Shown here piece after piece: positions 11,457-19,978 of a stretch of 59,484 nt of DNA. The DNA is from Acidobacteriota bacterium (GTDB taxonomy: Bacteria > Acidobacteriota > UBA6911 > JACQSX01). Both the position numbers and the translations under genes were made by a program. The stretch is taken from the NCBI GenBank assembly GCA_036507075.1, contig DASXQR010000069.1, positions 1 through 59,484 on the forward strand, read 5' to 3'. Under the pieces are notes generated by a model, which saw nothing but the letters and a program-made list of their open reading frames with translations, did no database searches and was not told where the DNA came from. Every line of letters begins with the position of its first letter. Position 1 is the first letter of the stretch.

Positions 11457-11525
11457 AAAAGCCGATCACGTCAACGTCTACGTTTAAGGTCTACGTCCAC
11501 GTGCACGCCAATGTCCACCAGCACC
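11457..11525. repeat. Solo left arm of family A
   Basis: AAAAGCCGATCACGTCAACGTCTACG...CACGTGCACG with no matching right arm. Confidence 0.7.
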
Positions 11526-11608
11526 AAGCCAAACGCCTTCACAGGGAGCAACAACCGCGCTGAAAACCCATCCGAAGAGATATAATCGGATTGGAGGAAT
11601 TCGAAGAG

Positions 11609-12469
11609 ATGAGTAACTATTTGAAGACCGCAATGCTTCTGGGTCTGATGACCGGGTTGATTCTGGTCATCGGCGGTTACCTGGGCGGATCCAACGGTAT
11701 GCTGTTTGCCCTGGTTTTTGCAGGGATCATGAACTTTGCGTCGTACTTCTATTCCGACAAGATCGCCTTGGCTGCCTATGGCGCCCGGGAGGTTTCGGCC
11801 CAGGAGGCGCCCGAAGTTTACCGGATTGTCCAGAACCTGACGCAGCGCGCCGGCCTTCCCATGCCCCGCGTTTACATCATTCCCAGCGCGGCAGCCAACG
11901 CTTTCGCCACCGGGCGTAACCCACAGCACGCGGCAGTGGCGGTGACGGAAGGGATCCTGCGGCTGTTGAATTATGAGGAACTGGAAGGAGTGATTGCTCA
12001 CGAACTGGCTCACGTGAAGAACCGCGACATCCTGATTAGCTCGATTGCCGCCACGCTGGCCGGAGCGATCATGTGGATCGCCCATATGGCGCGTTTTGCC
12101 GCGCTGTTTGGCGGCTATGGCGGCCGGGACGAGCGCGAAAACGGCGGCGTTTTGGGCTACCTGTTCACCATCATCCTGGCTCCCATCGCCGCCATGCTGA
12201 TCCAGTTGGCTGTTTCACGTTCTCGCGAGTATGGGGCCGACGCCACGGGAGCTCATTTTGCCGGCAATCCTTACGGCCTGGCGCGCGCGCTGGAGAAGCT
12301 TGAAGCCAACTCCAAGTTACGACCTTTGCAGGCTTCCGAATCCACCGCCCACATGTTCATTGTCAAGCCATTCACCGGCAGCGCAATACTCCAACTCTTT
12401 TCCACGCACCCGCCCATGGAAAAACGGATTGAGCGCCTTATCGGGCGGAAGGGGACTTTGTCGTATTAG
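11609..12469 (+). CDS. htpX: Zinc metalloprotease HtpX
   Basis: [35 protein letters not shown] at 11581 and GGAGG upstream. Confidence 0.96.
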   Translation: MSNYLKTAMLLGLMTGLILVIGGYLGGSNGMLFALVFAGIMNFASYFYSDKIALAAYGAREVSAQEAPEVYRIVQNLTQRAGLPMPRVYIIPSAAANAFATGRNPQHAAVAVTEGILRLLNYEELEGVIAHELAHVKNRDILISSIAATLAGAIMWIAHMARFAALFGGYGGRDERENGGVLGYLFTIILAPIAAMLIQLAVSRSREYGADATGAHFAGNPYGLARALEKLEANSKLRPLQASESTAHMFIVKPFTGSAILQLFSTHPPMEKRIERLIGRKGTLSY

Positions 12470-12537
12470 TACATACGCGCAAAACTCGAGTCAGAAGGCC
12501 GCAACCCGATAACTCGTAACTTCGAAAGGGAGCAATC

Positions 12538-13341
12538 GTGATCCGTCCACCCGCCGTTGCCGGAGCCTTCTACCCTGCAGCGCCGAATGAGCTGCTGGCA
12601 ATGCTGCGGAGCCTCACTCCTTTGTCACGTTCAAAGCAGAAAGCCATCGCTCTGATTTGCCCGCACGCCGGTTATGTTTATTCGGGCAGAGTTGCGGGCG
12701 AGAGTTATGCCCGCGCCGCGCTGCCTGATCGGTTCATCATTCTTTGCCCGAATCATCGCGGATTGGGATCGCCTCTGGCCGTTATGAGCGAAGGAAAATG
12801 GCGTACCCCACTCGGCGACGTTCCGATTGACTCGGATCTGGCGGCCCGATTGCGCCGGACCTCTTCTCTCTTCGAAGAAGATGCCGGCGCCCATTCCCAG
12901 GAGCATTCCCTGGAAGTGCACCTTCCCTTTCTTCAGTATCTGAAAGAGGATTTCCGTTTTGTCCCCGTAAGCGTGGGCAGCCTTCCGCTGGGTGAATTGC
13001 AGCAGGTGGGGTCGGCCATTGCACGGGTCATAGTGGAATCCGGTGAAGACGTGATGATCATTTCCAGCACCGACATGACCCACTACGAGCCCGCGAATGC
13101 GGCCCGTGAGAAGGATGAAAAAGCCATCTCGGCCATTCTCAGACTGGATGCCGCAGGTCTTTATGAAACAGTTCAGAAGAACAGGATCAGCATGTGCGGC
13201 GTTGCGCCCACCACCGTCGCTCTGGCCGCGGCCCGGGAACTAGGAGGAACGAGGGCCGAGCTTGTGCTCTACAGCACTTCGGGAGATGTAACGGGCGACT
13301 ATGGCAGCGTTGTGGGATACGCCGGGTTCTTGGTTTATTAG
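12538..13341 (+). CDS. amrB: AmmeMemoRadiSam system protein B (MEMO1 family)
   Basis: RPPAVAGAFYP, PHAGYVYSG, EHSLEV, SSTDMTHY, SMCG, VVGYA. Confidence 0.93.
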   Translation: MIRPPAVAGAFYPAAPNELLAMLRSLTPLSRSKQKAIALICPHAGYVYSGRVAGESYARAALPDRFIILCPNHRGLGSPLAVMSEGKWRTPLGDVPIDSDLAARLRRTSSLFEEDAGAHSQEHSLEVHLPFLQYLKEDFRFVPVSVGSLPLGELQQVGSAIARVIVESGEDVMIISSTDMTHYEPANAAREKDEKAISAILRLDAAGLYETVQKNRISMCGVAPTTVALAAARELGGTRAELVLYSTSGDVTGDYGSVVGYAGFLVY

Positions 13342-13344
13342 CGA

Positions 13345-13599
13345 GTTATGAAGGGGAAGGAAGGGTTATGAAGGGGGATGGAGGGAAAGGACAAGGGATG
13401 ATAAGTGGAACAAAACGAAATAAGCCATCAGCCGAACCGCGCGCGTAAGCAAGCGGACCCTCGATGTAGCAGTTCTAATTAATTTGGTGCTTAGCGTTTG
13501 CTGCGTGGGTCCGCTTGTTTACGCGCGCGGTTCGGTTGGTAACCGCTTCCCTTCATCCCCCTTCATCCCCCTTCATAACCCTTCCTCCCCTTCCATAAC
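13345..13599. repeat. Fold-back element, family D (10-nt TGAAGGGGGA-type arms), enclosing a REP pair
   Basis: GGAAGGGTTATGAAGGGGGATG pairs with CATCCCCCTTCATAACCCTTCC. Confidence 0.88.
13429..13538. repeat. Inverted REP-like pair (family R2) nested in family D
   Basis: CAGCCGAACCGCGCGCGTAAGCAAGCGGACCC / GGGTCCGCTTGTTTACGCGCGCGGTTCGGTTG; same motif at 59388. Confidence 0.85.
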
Positions 13600-13687
13600 C
13601 CCGGAGCCAGAGCATCGCAGAAACCTTGGTGCCTTGGTGGCTTTGTGGCAGAATTAACACTGGCGGTTCTCACCAGGAGACAATTCG

Positions 13688-14434
13688 ATGTCAGGACATT
13701 CAAAATGGCACTCCATCAAGCATAAAAAAGCTGCAGTGGATGCAAAGCGGGGCCGCGAGTTCACACGGCTGATCAAGGAAATGACTGTGGCTGCAAGAAT
13801 CGGAGGCGGCGACCCGGATGCGAATCCGCGGCTTCGAACGGCCGTCGCGGCGGCAAAGGCAGTCAACATGCCGGCCGACAACATCAAGCGCGCCATCATG
13901 AAAGGCACCGGCGAACTCCCCGGTCAAACTTATGAAGAAGTCAATTACGAGGGGTATGGACCGGGTGGAGTGGCCATGATTATTGCAGCGGTCACTGACA
14001 ACAAGAACCGGACGGTGGCCGAGATTCGCCATCTTCTAGCCAAGTATGGCGGCAACCTGGGTGAAACGCACTCAGTTTCGTGGATGTTTCACAAGAAAGG
14101 CTATCTGGCCGTGGAAAGCGGCGCGGGTTCAGAGGAAGAGCTGCTGGAAATCGCGCTCGACGCCGGCGCCGACGACGTCAAGTCGGAAGGAAACACATTT
14201 GAGATCATTTCCTCGCCCGAGAAATTCGAAGAGGTGAAAAAAGCACTCGAGGACCGGGGAAAGAAAATCGAAAACGCCGAGGTCACCCTTCTTCCTCAAA
14301 GCTATGTCCATCTGGAGGGAAAGAAGGCCGAGCAGATTATAAAACTGATGGAAGCTCTCGAGGAACATGACGACGTCCAGAACGTCTATGCCAATTTTGA
14401 CATCGATGCCGCCGAGCTGGAGGCCGCCAGCTGA
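13688..14434 (+). CDS. yebC: YebC/PmpR family protein
   Basis: [40 protein letters not shown]. Confidence 0.97.
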   Translation: MSGHSKWHSIKHKKAAVDAKRGREFTRLIKEMTVAARIGGGDPDANPRLRTAVAAAKAVNMPADNIKRAIMKGTGELPGQTYEEVNYEGYGPGGVAMIIAAVTDNKNRTVAEIRHLLAKYGGNLGETHSVSWMFHKKGYLAVESGAGSEEELLEIALDAGADDVKSEGNTFEIISSPEKFEEVKKALEDRGKKIENAEVTLLPQSYVHLEGKKAEQIIKLMEALEEHDDVQNVYANFDIDAAELEAAS

Positions 14435-14440
14435 AGCCGA

Positions 14441-14953
14441 ATGATTGTATTAGGTGTTGACCCCGGCAGCCGCGCTACAGGGTACGGCGTCGTCCGCAGC
14501 AACGGACAGCAGCATCAGTGTCTTACTTATGGCTGCATTCGCCGGCCGGCCGACAGTGACCTTCCGCAGGCGCTCCGAAAAATCTACGAACAACTTAATT
14601 CTATCGTTTCGTCATATCAGCCTGAAGCCATCGCGGTGGAAAGCCTGTTTCACGCCGCAAACGTGAAAAGCGCCCTTACTTTGGGACACGCCCGTGGGAT
14701 TGTCCTGCTTTGCGCCGCCGTCCATAATCTTGCGCTCCACGAGTACAGCCCGCTGGAAATAAAAAAATCACTGGCAGGTTACGGCCGCGCCGAAAAATCG
14801 CAACTGCAGGAAATGGCAAAGCTCTTGCTTAACCTGAGAAGTGTTCCCGAGCCAAACGATGCTTCCGACGCGCTGGCGGTCGCCATCTGTCATATCCATC
14901 AGCAAGCATTCCGGGCAAGATTGGCTGCGCCGCCAATGCGAACCGTCAGATAA
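14441..14953 (+). CDS. ruvC: Holliday junction resolvase RuvC
   Basis: LGVDPG, AVE, LGHARG, GYGRAEK, DASDALAVAICH. Confidence 0.97.
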   Translation: MIVLGVDPGSRATGYGVVRSNGQQHQCLTYGCIRRPADSDLPQALRKIYEQLNSIVSSYQPEAIAVESLFHAANVKSALTLGHARGIVLLCAAVHNLALHEYSPLEIKKSLAGYGRAEKSQLQEMAKLLLNLRSVPEPNDASDALAVAICHIHQQAFRARLAAPPMRTVR

Positions 14954-14990
14954 GCACACTATCAAGCTGTAATAGGAGCGGTAGTACCGG

Positions 14991-15020
14991 CCATCAGCTT
15001 TCAGCCTTCAGCAATCAGCT
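14991..15020. repeat. 7-nt TCAGCNN tandem arm (family N) with degenerate partner
   Basis: ATCAGCTTTCAGCCTTCAGCAATCAGCT; weak GCTG-rich counterpart near 15044-15075. Confidence 0.55.
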
Positions 15021-15132
15021 TTTTCACACATTAACGGCTTTTTGCTGGCGACCGGCAGCTGAAGCCCTGTTGGTCCCGGCAAGCACAGTGCAGCCAAGGA
15101 ACTGCGGCCGTCAAGCCCCGGATCGCGCTGAA

Positions 15133-15867
15133 ATGCACAACTACAAAGCAACAATCCAGTACGATGGCACAGAGTATCATGGCTGGCAGACTCAGAAAGG
15201 CCAGCCCACCATCCAGGAGATGCTGCGGCGTGCAATTTCAAAAATCACTTCCGAACGTCCCGTCGTAATCGGTTCCGGCCGTACCGACGCTGGAGTTCAT
15301 GCGGAAGGGCAGGTAGCAAATTTCAAGCTGGAAAAGCGCTTCGACTCACTGAAGCTCAAGCGCGCCATGAATGCCGTTTTGCCCGACACAATCCGAATCC
15401 TTAGACTTTCGCCCGTCCGGCAGGACTTTCACGCCCAATTCGCCGCCCAGGAGAAAACGTACTGGTACCGCATCTGGAACGCTCCGGTAATGAATCCTCT
15501 TTGGCGGCGCCATGCTCTTCACGTGCCACAACCACTGGACGTGCCCGCCATGCAGCGGGGAGCAGCTTATCTTCTGGGTCGGCATGACTTTCATGCATTT
15601 GCAGCCGCCGGCGCCACGGTGGAATCCTTCAAACGCCGCGTTACCACTTCAAAGATCTCGCGGCGCGGCACTGTCGTTGTTTACCAGATCTCGGCCAACG
15701 GCTTCCTGCATCACATGGTGCGAAATATCACAGGCACGCTGCTGCTTGTCGGAAAAGGCAGGTTACCGGCCTCCGGAATACGGCAAATCCTGCGATCCGG
15801 GAATCGCAATCTCGCAGGCCCCACCGCTCCCGCACACGGACTGACGCTGAGGCGGGTCCGCTATTAG
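15133..15867 (+). CDS. truA: tRNA pseudouridine(38-40) synthase
   Basis: YDGTEYHGWQ, GRTDAGVHA, GFLHHMVR, TAPAHGLTL. Confidence 0.97.
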   Translation: MHNYKATIQYDGTEYHGWQTQKGQPTIQEMLRRAISKITSERPVVIGSGRTDAGVHAEGQVANFKLEKRFDSLKLKRAMNAVLPDTIRILRLSPVRQDFHAQFAAQEKTYWYRIWNAPVMNPLWRRHALHVPQPLDVPAMQRGAAYLLGRHDFHAFAAAGATVESFKRRVTTSKISRRGTVVVYQISANGFLHHMVRNITGTLLLVGKGRLPASGIRQILRSGNRNLAGPTAPAHGLTLRRVRY

Positions 15868-15956
15868 CTGGTTGCCCGTAACAGGGAAACTCGCGAGGCC
15901 TGTACAACATCTGCGCAGCAAGCTGGCCACTTCTTGTTTTTTTGGCACCGTTTTTC

Positions 15957-16222
15957 AAAGCCGTTCAAGTCAACGACACGTCTCACGTTCACGTTCACGA
16001 GCTCGTCAACGTCCACGTCAACCGGGCATGACCACGTCTACGATTGCGTCTACGATCTTGCCCAGTGCGGCGCAGGCTGCAGAGAATTGAAACTGATCAT
16101 TTTGTCGTAATCGTAGACCTGGGACGTGAACGTTGGCGTGCTCGTGAACGTAGGACGTCGAGGTTGACGTGATCGTGCTCGTGGTCGTTGGCGTTAGACG
16201 TGGTCATTGACATGGACGGCTT
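15957..16222. repeat. Fold-back element, family A
   Basis: AAAGCCGTTCAAGTCAACGACACG...CACGTTCACG facing CGTGAACG...TTGACATGGACGGCTT. Confidence 0.85.
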
Positions 16223-16432
16223 CCGCTGGCAGAAACTTTCGACACCACCAAACCATCATGGGATTCACTTTTTGCCCACTTCTTGATATAAAGTACTTTT
16301 GTATGCAGAGTTCTGAGCTTACGGCTCCTGCCCGGCCAATATTGCAGCAAATTCTAATTGCCCGATGACTCGTCAGTCTAAAGCCGGCAACTCGCAACGC
16401 GTGGAGTTGTGCTAGCATTAGGTCAGTTCGCG

Positions 16433-17227
16433 ATGGCCACGGAAGCGCTGAATTTTAAAGGGATTGTAAGGGAGGGGTCCCGGGAGGCGGACTTGCTCGC
16501 CCAGTTGGATCCACAGCGATTTCCCCGGCACATCGCCGTCATTATGGACGGGAATGGCCGCTGGGCTGCACAGCGACATCTTCCCCGTGTCTCCGGTCAC
16601 AAAGCAGGCATCGACTCGGTCCGTGAGATCGTTGAAACTTCAGCGCGGCTCGGAATTGACGCGCTCACCCTTTATGCCTTCTCCACGGAAAACTGGAAAC
16701 GTCCCAGGCCGGAGATCAACACTCTGATGGCTTTGTTGAAGGAATACCTTCAGCGCGAAGTGTCACGGCTGAACGAAAACAACATCCGGCTTTTGAGCAT
16801 GGGTCGCACCGAAGATCTGGCGGCCTCGGTGCAGGAAGAATTGCGGATTGCGGGGCGGCGAACGGCGCAGAATACCGGCATGAAATTGATTATTGCCCTC
16901 AACTACAGCGGACGGACGGAGTTAGTGGATGCCTTTCGAAAAATAATCCATCAACATCCGGGAATAAATCCCGCTTCGATAACCGAGTCGATGGTGGAAT
17001 CTCACCTCTACATGGAGGCCTTGCCCGAACCGGACCTGCTGATTCGAACCAGCGGCGAGATGCGAATCAGTAATTTTATGCTCTGGCAAATCGCTTATTC
17101 CGAAATCTACGTCACCGATACACTGTGGCCCGACTTTCGGCGCCGACATCTGTTCGAGGCAATCCTGGATTTTCAAAAGCGCGAACGCCGCTACGGCGGA
17201 ATTACCGTCAGTCCGACCTTCGAGTAG
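16433..17227 (+). CDS. uppS: Undecaprenyl diphosphate synthase (isoprenyl transferase)
   Basis: HIAVIMDGNGRWA, YAFSTENWKRP, DLLIRTSGEMRISNFMLWQ, ERRYGG. Confidence 0.97.
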   Translation: MATEALNFKGIVREGSREADLLAQLDPQRFPRHIAVIMDGNGRWAAQRHLPRVSGHKAGIDSVREIVETSARLGIDALTLYAFSTENWKRPRPEINTLMALLKEYLQREVSRLNENNIRLLSMGRTEDLAASVQEELRIAGRRTAQNTGMKLIIALNYSGRTELVDAFRKIIHQHPGINPASITESMVESHLYMEALPEPDLLIRTSGEMRISNFMLWQIAYSEIYVTDTLWPDFRRRHLFEAILDFQKRERRYGGITVSPTFE

Positions 17228-17424
17228 CAAACTTTTCACCAGAAAGGCTCAGATTTGCCACGAAGCCACGAAGGCACGAAGGACTGTTGTTCACTTTGAA
17301 GTGACACTTCTCATCACTCGATCGCAGGTATCGCAGAAGTGGGACGTCTAACTAAGTCATTGGGCTTTGTGTCTTCGTGCCTTCGTGGCAAACCCGTGCC
17401 TTTGTGGTGAAAAGTTTGCTACTC
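17222..17424. repeat. Outer fold-back (family I type) with perfect 20-bp terminal inverted repeat containing the uppS stop
   Basis: GAGTAGCAAACTTTTCACCA (17222-17241) / TGGTGAAAAGTTTGCTACTC (17405-17424). Confidence 0.9.
17252..17392 (-). mobile_element. MITE-like ~136-bp element, family E, copy 1 (inverted, more diverged)
   Basis: Reverse complement aligns over its whole length, including the non-repetitive core, with the copies at 18314 and 19718; mobility is inferred. Confidence 0.8.
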
Positions 17425-17434
17425 TGACCTCGGA

Positions 17435-18262
17435 ATGCTGACCCGGACCATTGCTGCTCTCAGTCTCGCACCGATAGTTCTCGGAATTCTGTTCTGGGCC
17501 CCGCCGTGGGCGTTCATCCTGTTCATACTTTTCGTTTCTGAGCTCACACTGTCCGAGTACCTGCGCCTGGTTCCCGGCCTGATCGATGCCGCCGCACGCG
17601 GCCTGCTTATGGTGCTTGCCGCCCTTCTGGTAGTCGGATCCGCCCTTGGGCCCGGACAGTTTGCGCCTCTAAGATCGCTGCTAATCCTGCTGGCAAGTTT
17701 TCTGGCTGTCACCATGTACACCGTGCTGACCAACTCGGACAATGCCCGCACTTTTTCCATCGTGGCCGGGTCTCTCTTCGGTCTGATCTATATCCCGTTA
17801 TCTCTGGCGCTGCTGATTCCAGTCCGTTTCGGCTATGATTTCCAGCTTACGGCCGGTGGCCAGACTTACGGTCGAAGCTCGATTCTCTTCTTGCTTCTGG
17901 TGACTTGGGCGGGCGATACGGGCGCGTACCTGGCAGGACGCAGTTTTGGGAAGCGGAAACTGGCCCCGAGAATCAGTCCCGGCAAGACAGTTGAAGGCGC
18001 GATCGCCGGGCTTATCTGCAGCGTGATTGTAGGAGTATTCTTTTTTTTTCTGGTCAGTCGCAGCCCTCTGTGGGTAGCCGGAGCCGCGCTGCTGAGCATT
18101 ATCGGACAATTCGGGGATTTGTTTGAATCGATGTTAAAGCGCGGGGCCGGTGTAAAGGATTCGTCGCAGTTGATCCCGGGACATGGAGGAATGCTGGATC
18201 GAGTCGACAGCCTTCTGCTTTGCTGCCCGGTACTTTTTGTGATGGAAGTGGGACGGTTTTGA
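17435..18262 (+). CDS. cdsA: Phosphatidate cytidylyltransferase
   Basis: DTGAY, ISPGKTVEG, GDLFESMLKR, VKDSSQLIPGHGGMLDRVDS. Confidence 0.97.
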   Translation: MLTRTIAALSLAPIVLGILFWAPPWAFILFILFVSELTLSEYLRLVPGLIDAAARGLLMVLAALLVVGSALGPGQFAPLRSLLILLASFLAVTMYTVLTNSDNARTFSIVAGSLFGLIYIPLSLALLIPVRFGYDFQLTAGGQTYGRSSILFLLLVTWAGDTGAYLAGRSFGKRKLAPRISPGKTVEGAIAGLICSVIVGVFFFFLVSRSPLWVAGAALLSIIGQFGDLFESMLKRGAGVKDSSQLIPGHGGMLDRVDSLLLCCPVLFVMEVGRF

Positions 18263-18270
18263 TTCCCGGT

Positions 18271-18506
18271 CGAAGTTTGAAATCGAAAGTGACACTCACA
18301 GACGTTGCCACACGGATTTGCCACGAAGGCACGAAGACACGAAGCTCAATGATTTAATTAGAAGTGCCACTTCTGCGACACCAGCGATTGAGTGATGAGA
18401 AGTGTCACTTCAAAGTGAAACAACAGTCCTTCGTGCCTTCGTGGCTTCGTGGCAAATCCTGGTCGCAGCTATCGGTGCCACTTTCGGCTTTCGACTTTCA
18501 GACTTG
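18271..18506. repeat. Outer fold-back, family F (7-nt GAAAGTC/GACTTTC arms)
   Basis: CGAAGTTTGAAATCGAAAGTGACAC / GTGCCACTTTCGGCTTTCGACTTTCAGACTT. Confidence 0.7.
18314..18459 (+). mobile_element. MITE-like element, family E, copy 2
   Basis: 8-nt CACGAAGG arms around a unique core; 18319-18454 differs from 19719-19854 at only 2 positions. Confidence 0.85.
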
Positions 18507-18508
18507 AA

Positions 18509-19693
18509 ATGAAGATGAATAAGAAAATCGCGATCCTCGGTTCGACCGGCTCAATCGGGCAAAGCACGCTGGATGTGGTGCGGCAGTCGCGGGGCAGATT
18601 CGAAGTCGTCGCCCTTGTCGGCGGTACAAATACTGAGGCCCTGTGTGACCAGATACGCGAATTTGCGCCTCGCATCGCCAGCGTTGTCGACAGCCGGCAC
18701 GCAGATGTGCTTCACAGGCAATTGACAAATCGAGGGATCGCAGCGCCACAGATCCTTTGTGGCGACGAAGGAGCCATTGCCGCCGCCACGCAGCAAGATG
18801 TGGAACTAGTGGTGGGCGCGATCAGCGGCGCGGCCGGCTTAATCCCCACATATCATGCCATCGAGCAGGGCAAACGGCTGGCTCTCGCCAACAAGGAAAC
18901 ACTGGTGATGGCCGGAGATTTGATCATGCCTCTGGCGCGCAAAAATGGCTGCTCCATCCTTCCTGTCGACAGCGAACACAATGCGCTGCACCAATGTCTC
19001 CAGGCAGTGCAACCCGATCAAGTCGACGAGCTTTTGCTTACCGCCAGCGGTGGGCCCTTCTTAAATCTGCCGCTGCACTGCATGGCCACCGTGTCGGTGC
19101 GCGAGGCCCTTCGCCATCCAACATGGCGCATGGGAAAGAAGATCACGATCGATTCGGCCACGCTCATGAACAAGGGGCTTGAAATCATTGAGGCACACCA
19201 TCTTTTCAATTTTCCACCCGATAAAATCCGGGTGCTGATTCATCCAAAGTCGGTCATTCACTCCCTGGTGAGAACAACCGACGGTTCCCTGATCGCGCAG
19301 ATGGGTATTACCGACATGCGCCTTCCAATTCTTTACGCGCTGAATTATCCCGAGCGGCTTCCATCGCCTTTCCCGGCCCTGGATCTCACCGCGGTGGGGC
19401 CCCTGGAATTCTTCAGCCCAGACCTCGCCAGATTTCCATGCTTGAAACTGGCTTATGAAGCCTTGCGAACGGGCGGAACACTGCCCACGGTCATGAATGC
19501 CGCAAATGAAGTGGCAGTATCGCAATTCCTCGGCGAGGAGATACCTTTTTCGGCGATTCCCGTCATCATCGAGCATGCCATGTCCGAACATAAAGCCGAA
19601 GCTGTGCGGGATCTCGATCAGATTCTGCAGATCGACCGTGAAGCGCGCACCCGAGCTCAACGAATCATTAAAGGCATGCTCCGTAGTCCGTAG
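18509..19693 (+). CDS. dxr: 1-deoxy-D-xylulose-5-phosphate reductoisomerase
   Basis: ILGSTGSIG, LANKE, PVDSEH, TASGGPF, HPTWRMGKKITIDSATLMNKGLE; start 18509 or 18515. Confidence 0.98.
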   Translation: MKMNKKIAILGSTGSIGQSTLDVVRQSRGRFEVVALVGGTNTEALCDQIREFAPRIASVVDSRHADVLHRQLTNRGIAAPQILCGDEGAIAAATQQDVELVVGAISGAAGLIPTYHAIEQGKRLALANKETLVMAGDLIMPLARKNGCSILPVDSEHNALHQCLQAVQPDQVDELLLTASGGPFLNLPLHCMATVSVREALRHPTWRMGKKITIDSATLMNKGLEIIEAHHLFNFPPDKIRVLIHPKSVIHSLVRTTDGSLIAQMGITDMRLPILYALNYPERLPSPFPALDLTAVGPLEFFSPDLARFPCLKLAYEALRTGGTLPTVMNAANEVAVSQFLGEEIPFSAIPVIIEHAMSEHKAEAVRDLDQILQIDREARTRAQRIIKGMLRSP

Positions 19694-19924
19694 TCCGTGG
19701 TCCGTAGAAAGTCCGAAATGCCACGAAGGCACGAAGACACGAAGCTCAATGATTTAATTAGAAGAGCCACTTCTGCGACACCAGCGATTGAGTCATGAGA
19801 AGTGTCACTTCAAAGTGAAACAACAGTCCTTCGTGCCTTCGTGGCTTCGTGGCATCTTCGGGCTTTCGACTTTCAGACTTTCAACAGACGACGAACCATT
19901 GACAACGGACCACGGACCAACGAC
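19681..19924. repeat. Outer fold-back, family B, enclosing family F and family E layers; contains the dxr stop
   Basis: CCGTAGTCCGTAGTCCGTGGTCCGT / ACGGACCACGGACCAACG; inner GAAAGTCCGAA / TTCGGGCTTTC. Confidence 0.8.
19718..19855 (+). mobile_element. MITE-like element, family E, copy 3
   Basis: Near-identical direct repeat of copy 2, exactly 1400 bp downstream. Confidence 0.85.
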
Positions 19925-19978
19925 TGGGTTATAATCAGCCCAGGGCACCTGTCGGCCTAAAACTAGAGGCGTTTAGTC

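Noticed and set aside
14441..15133. ruvA and ruvB absent after yebC-ruvC
   Set aside because: Splitting of this cluster is common and the genes may lie elsewhere; no remnant is visible.
17252..19855. Repeated element as a CRISPR array
   Set aside because: Copies are separated by whole housekeeping genes, one is inverted, there are no uniform spacers and no cas genes.
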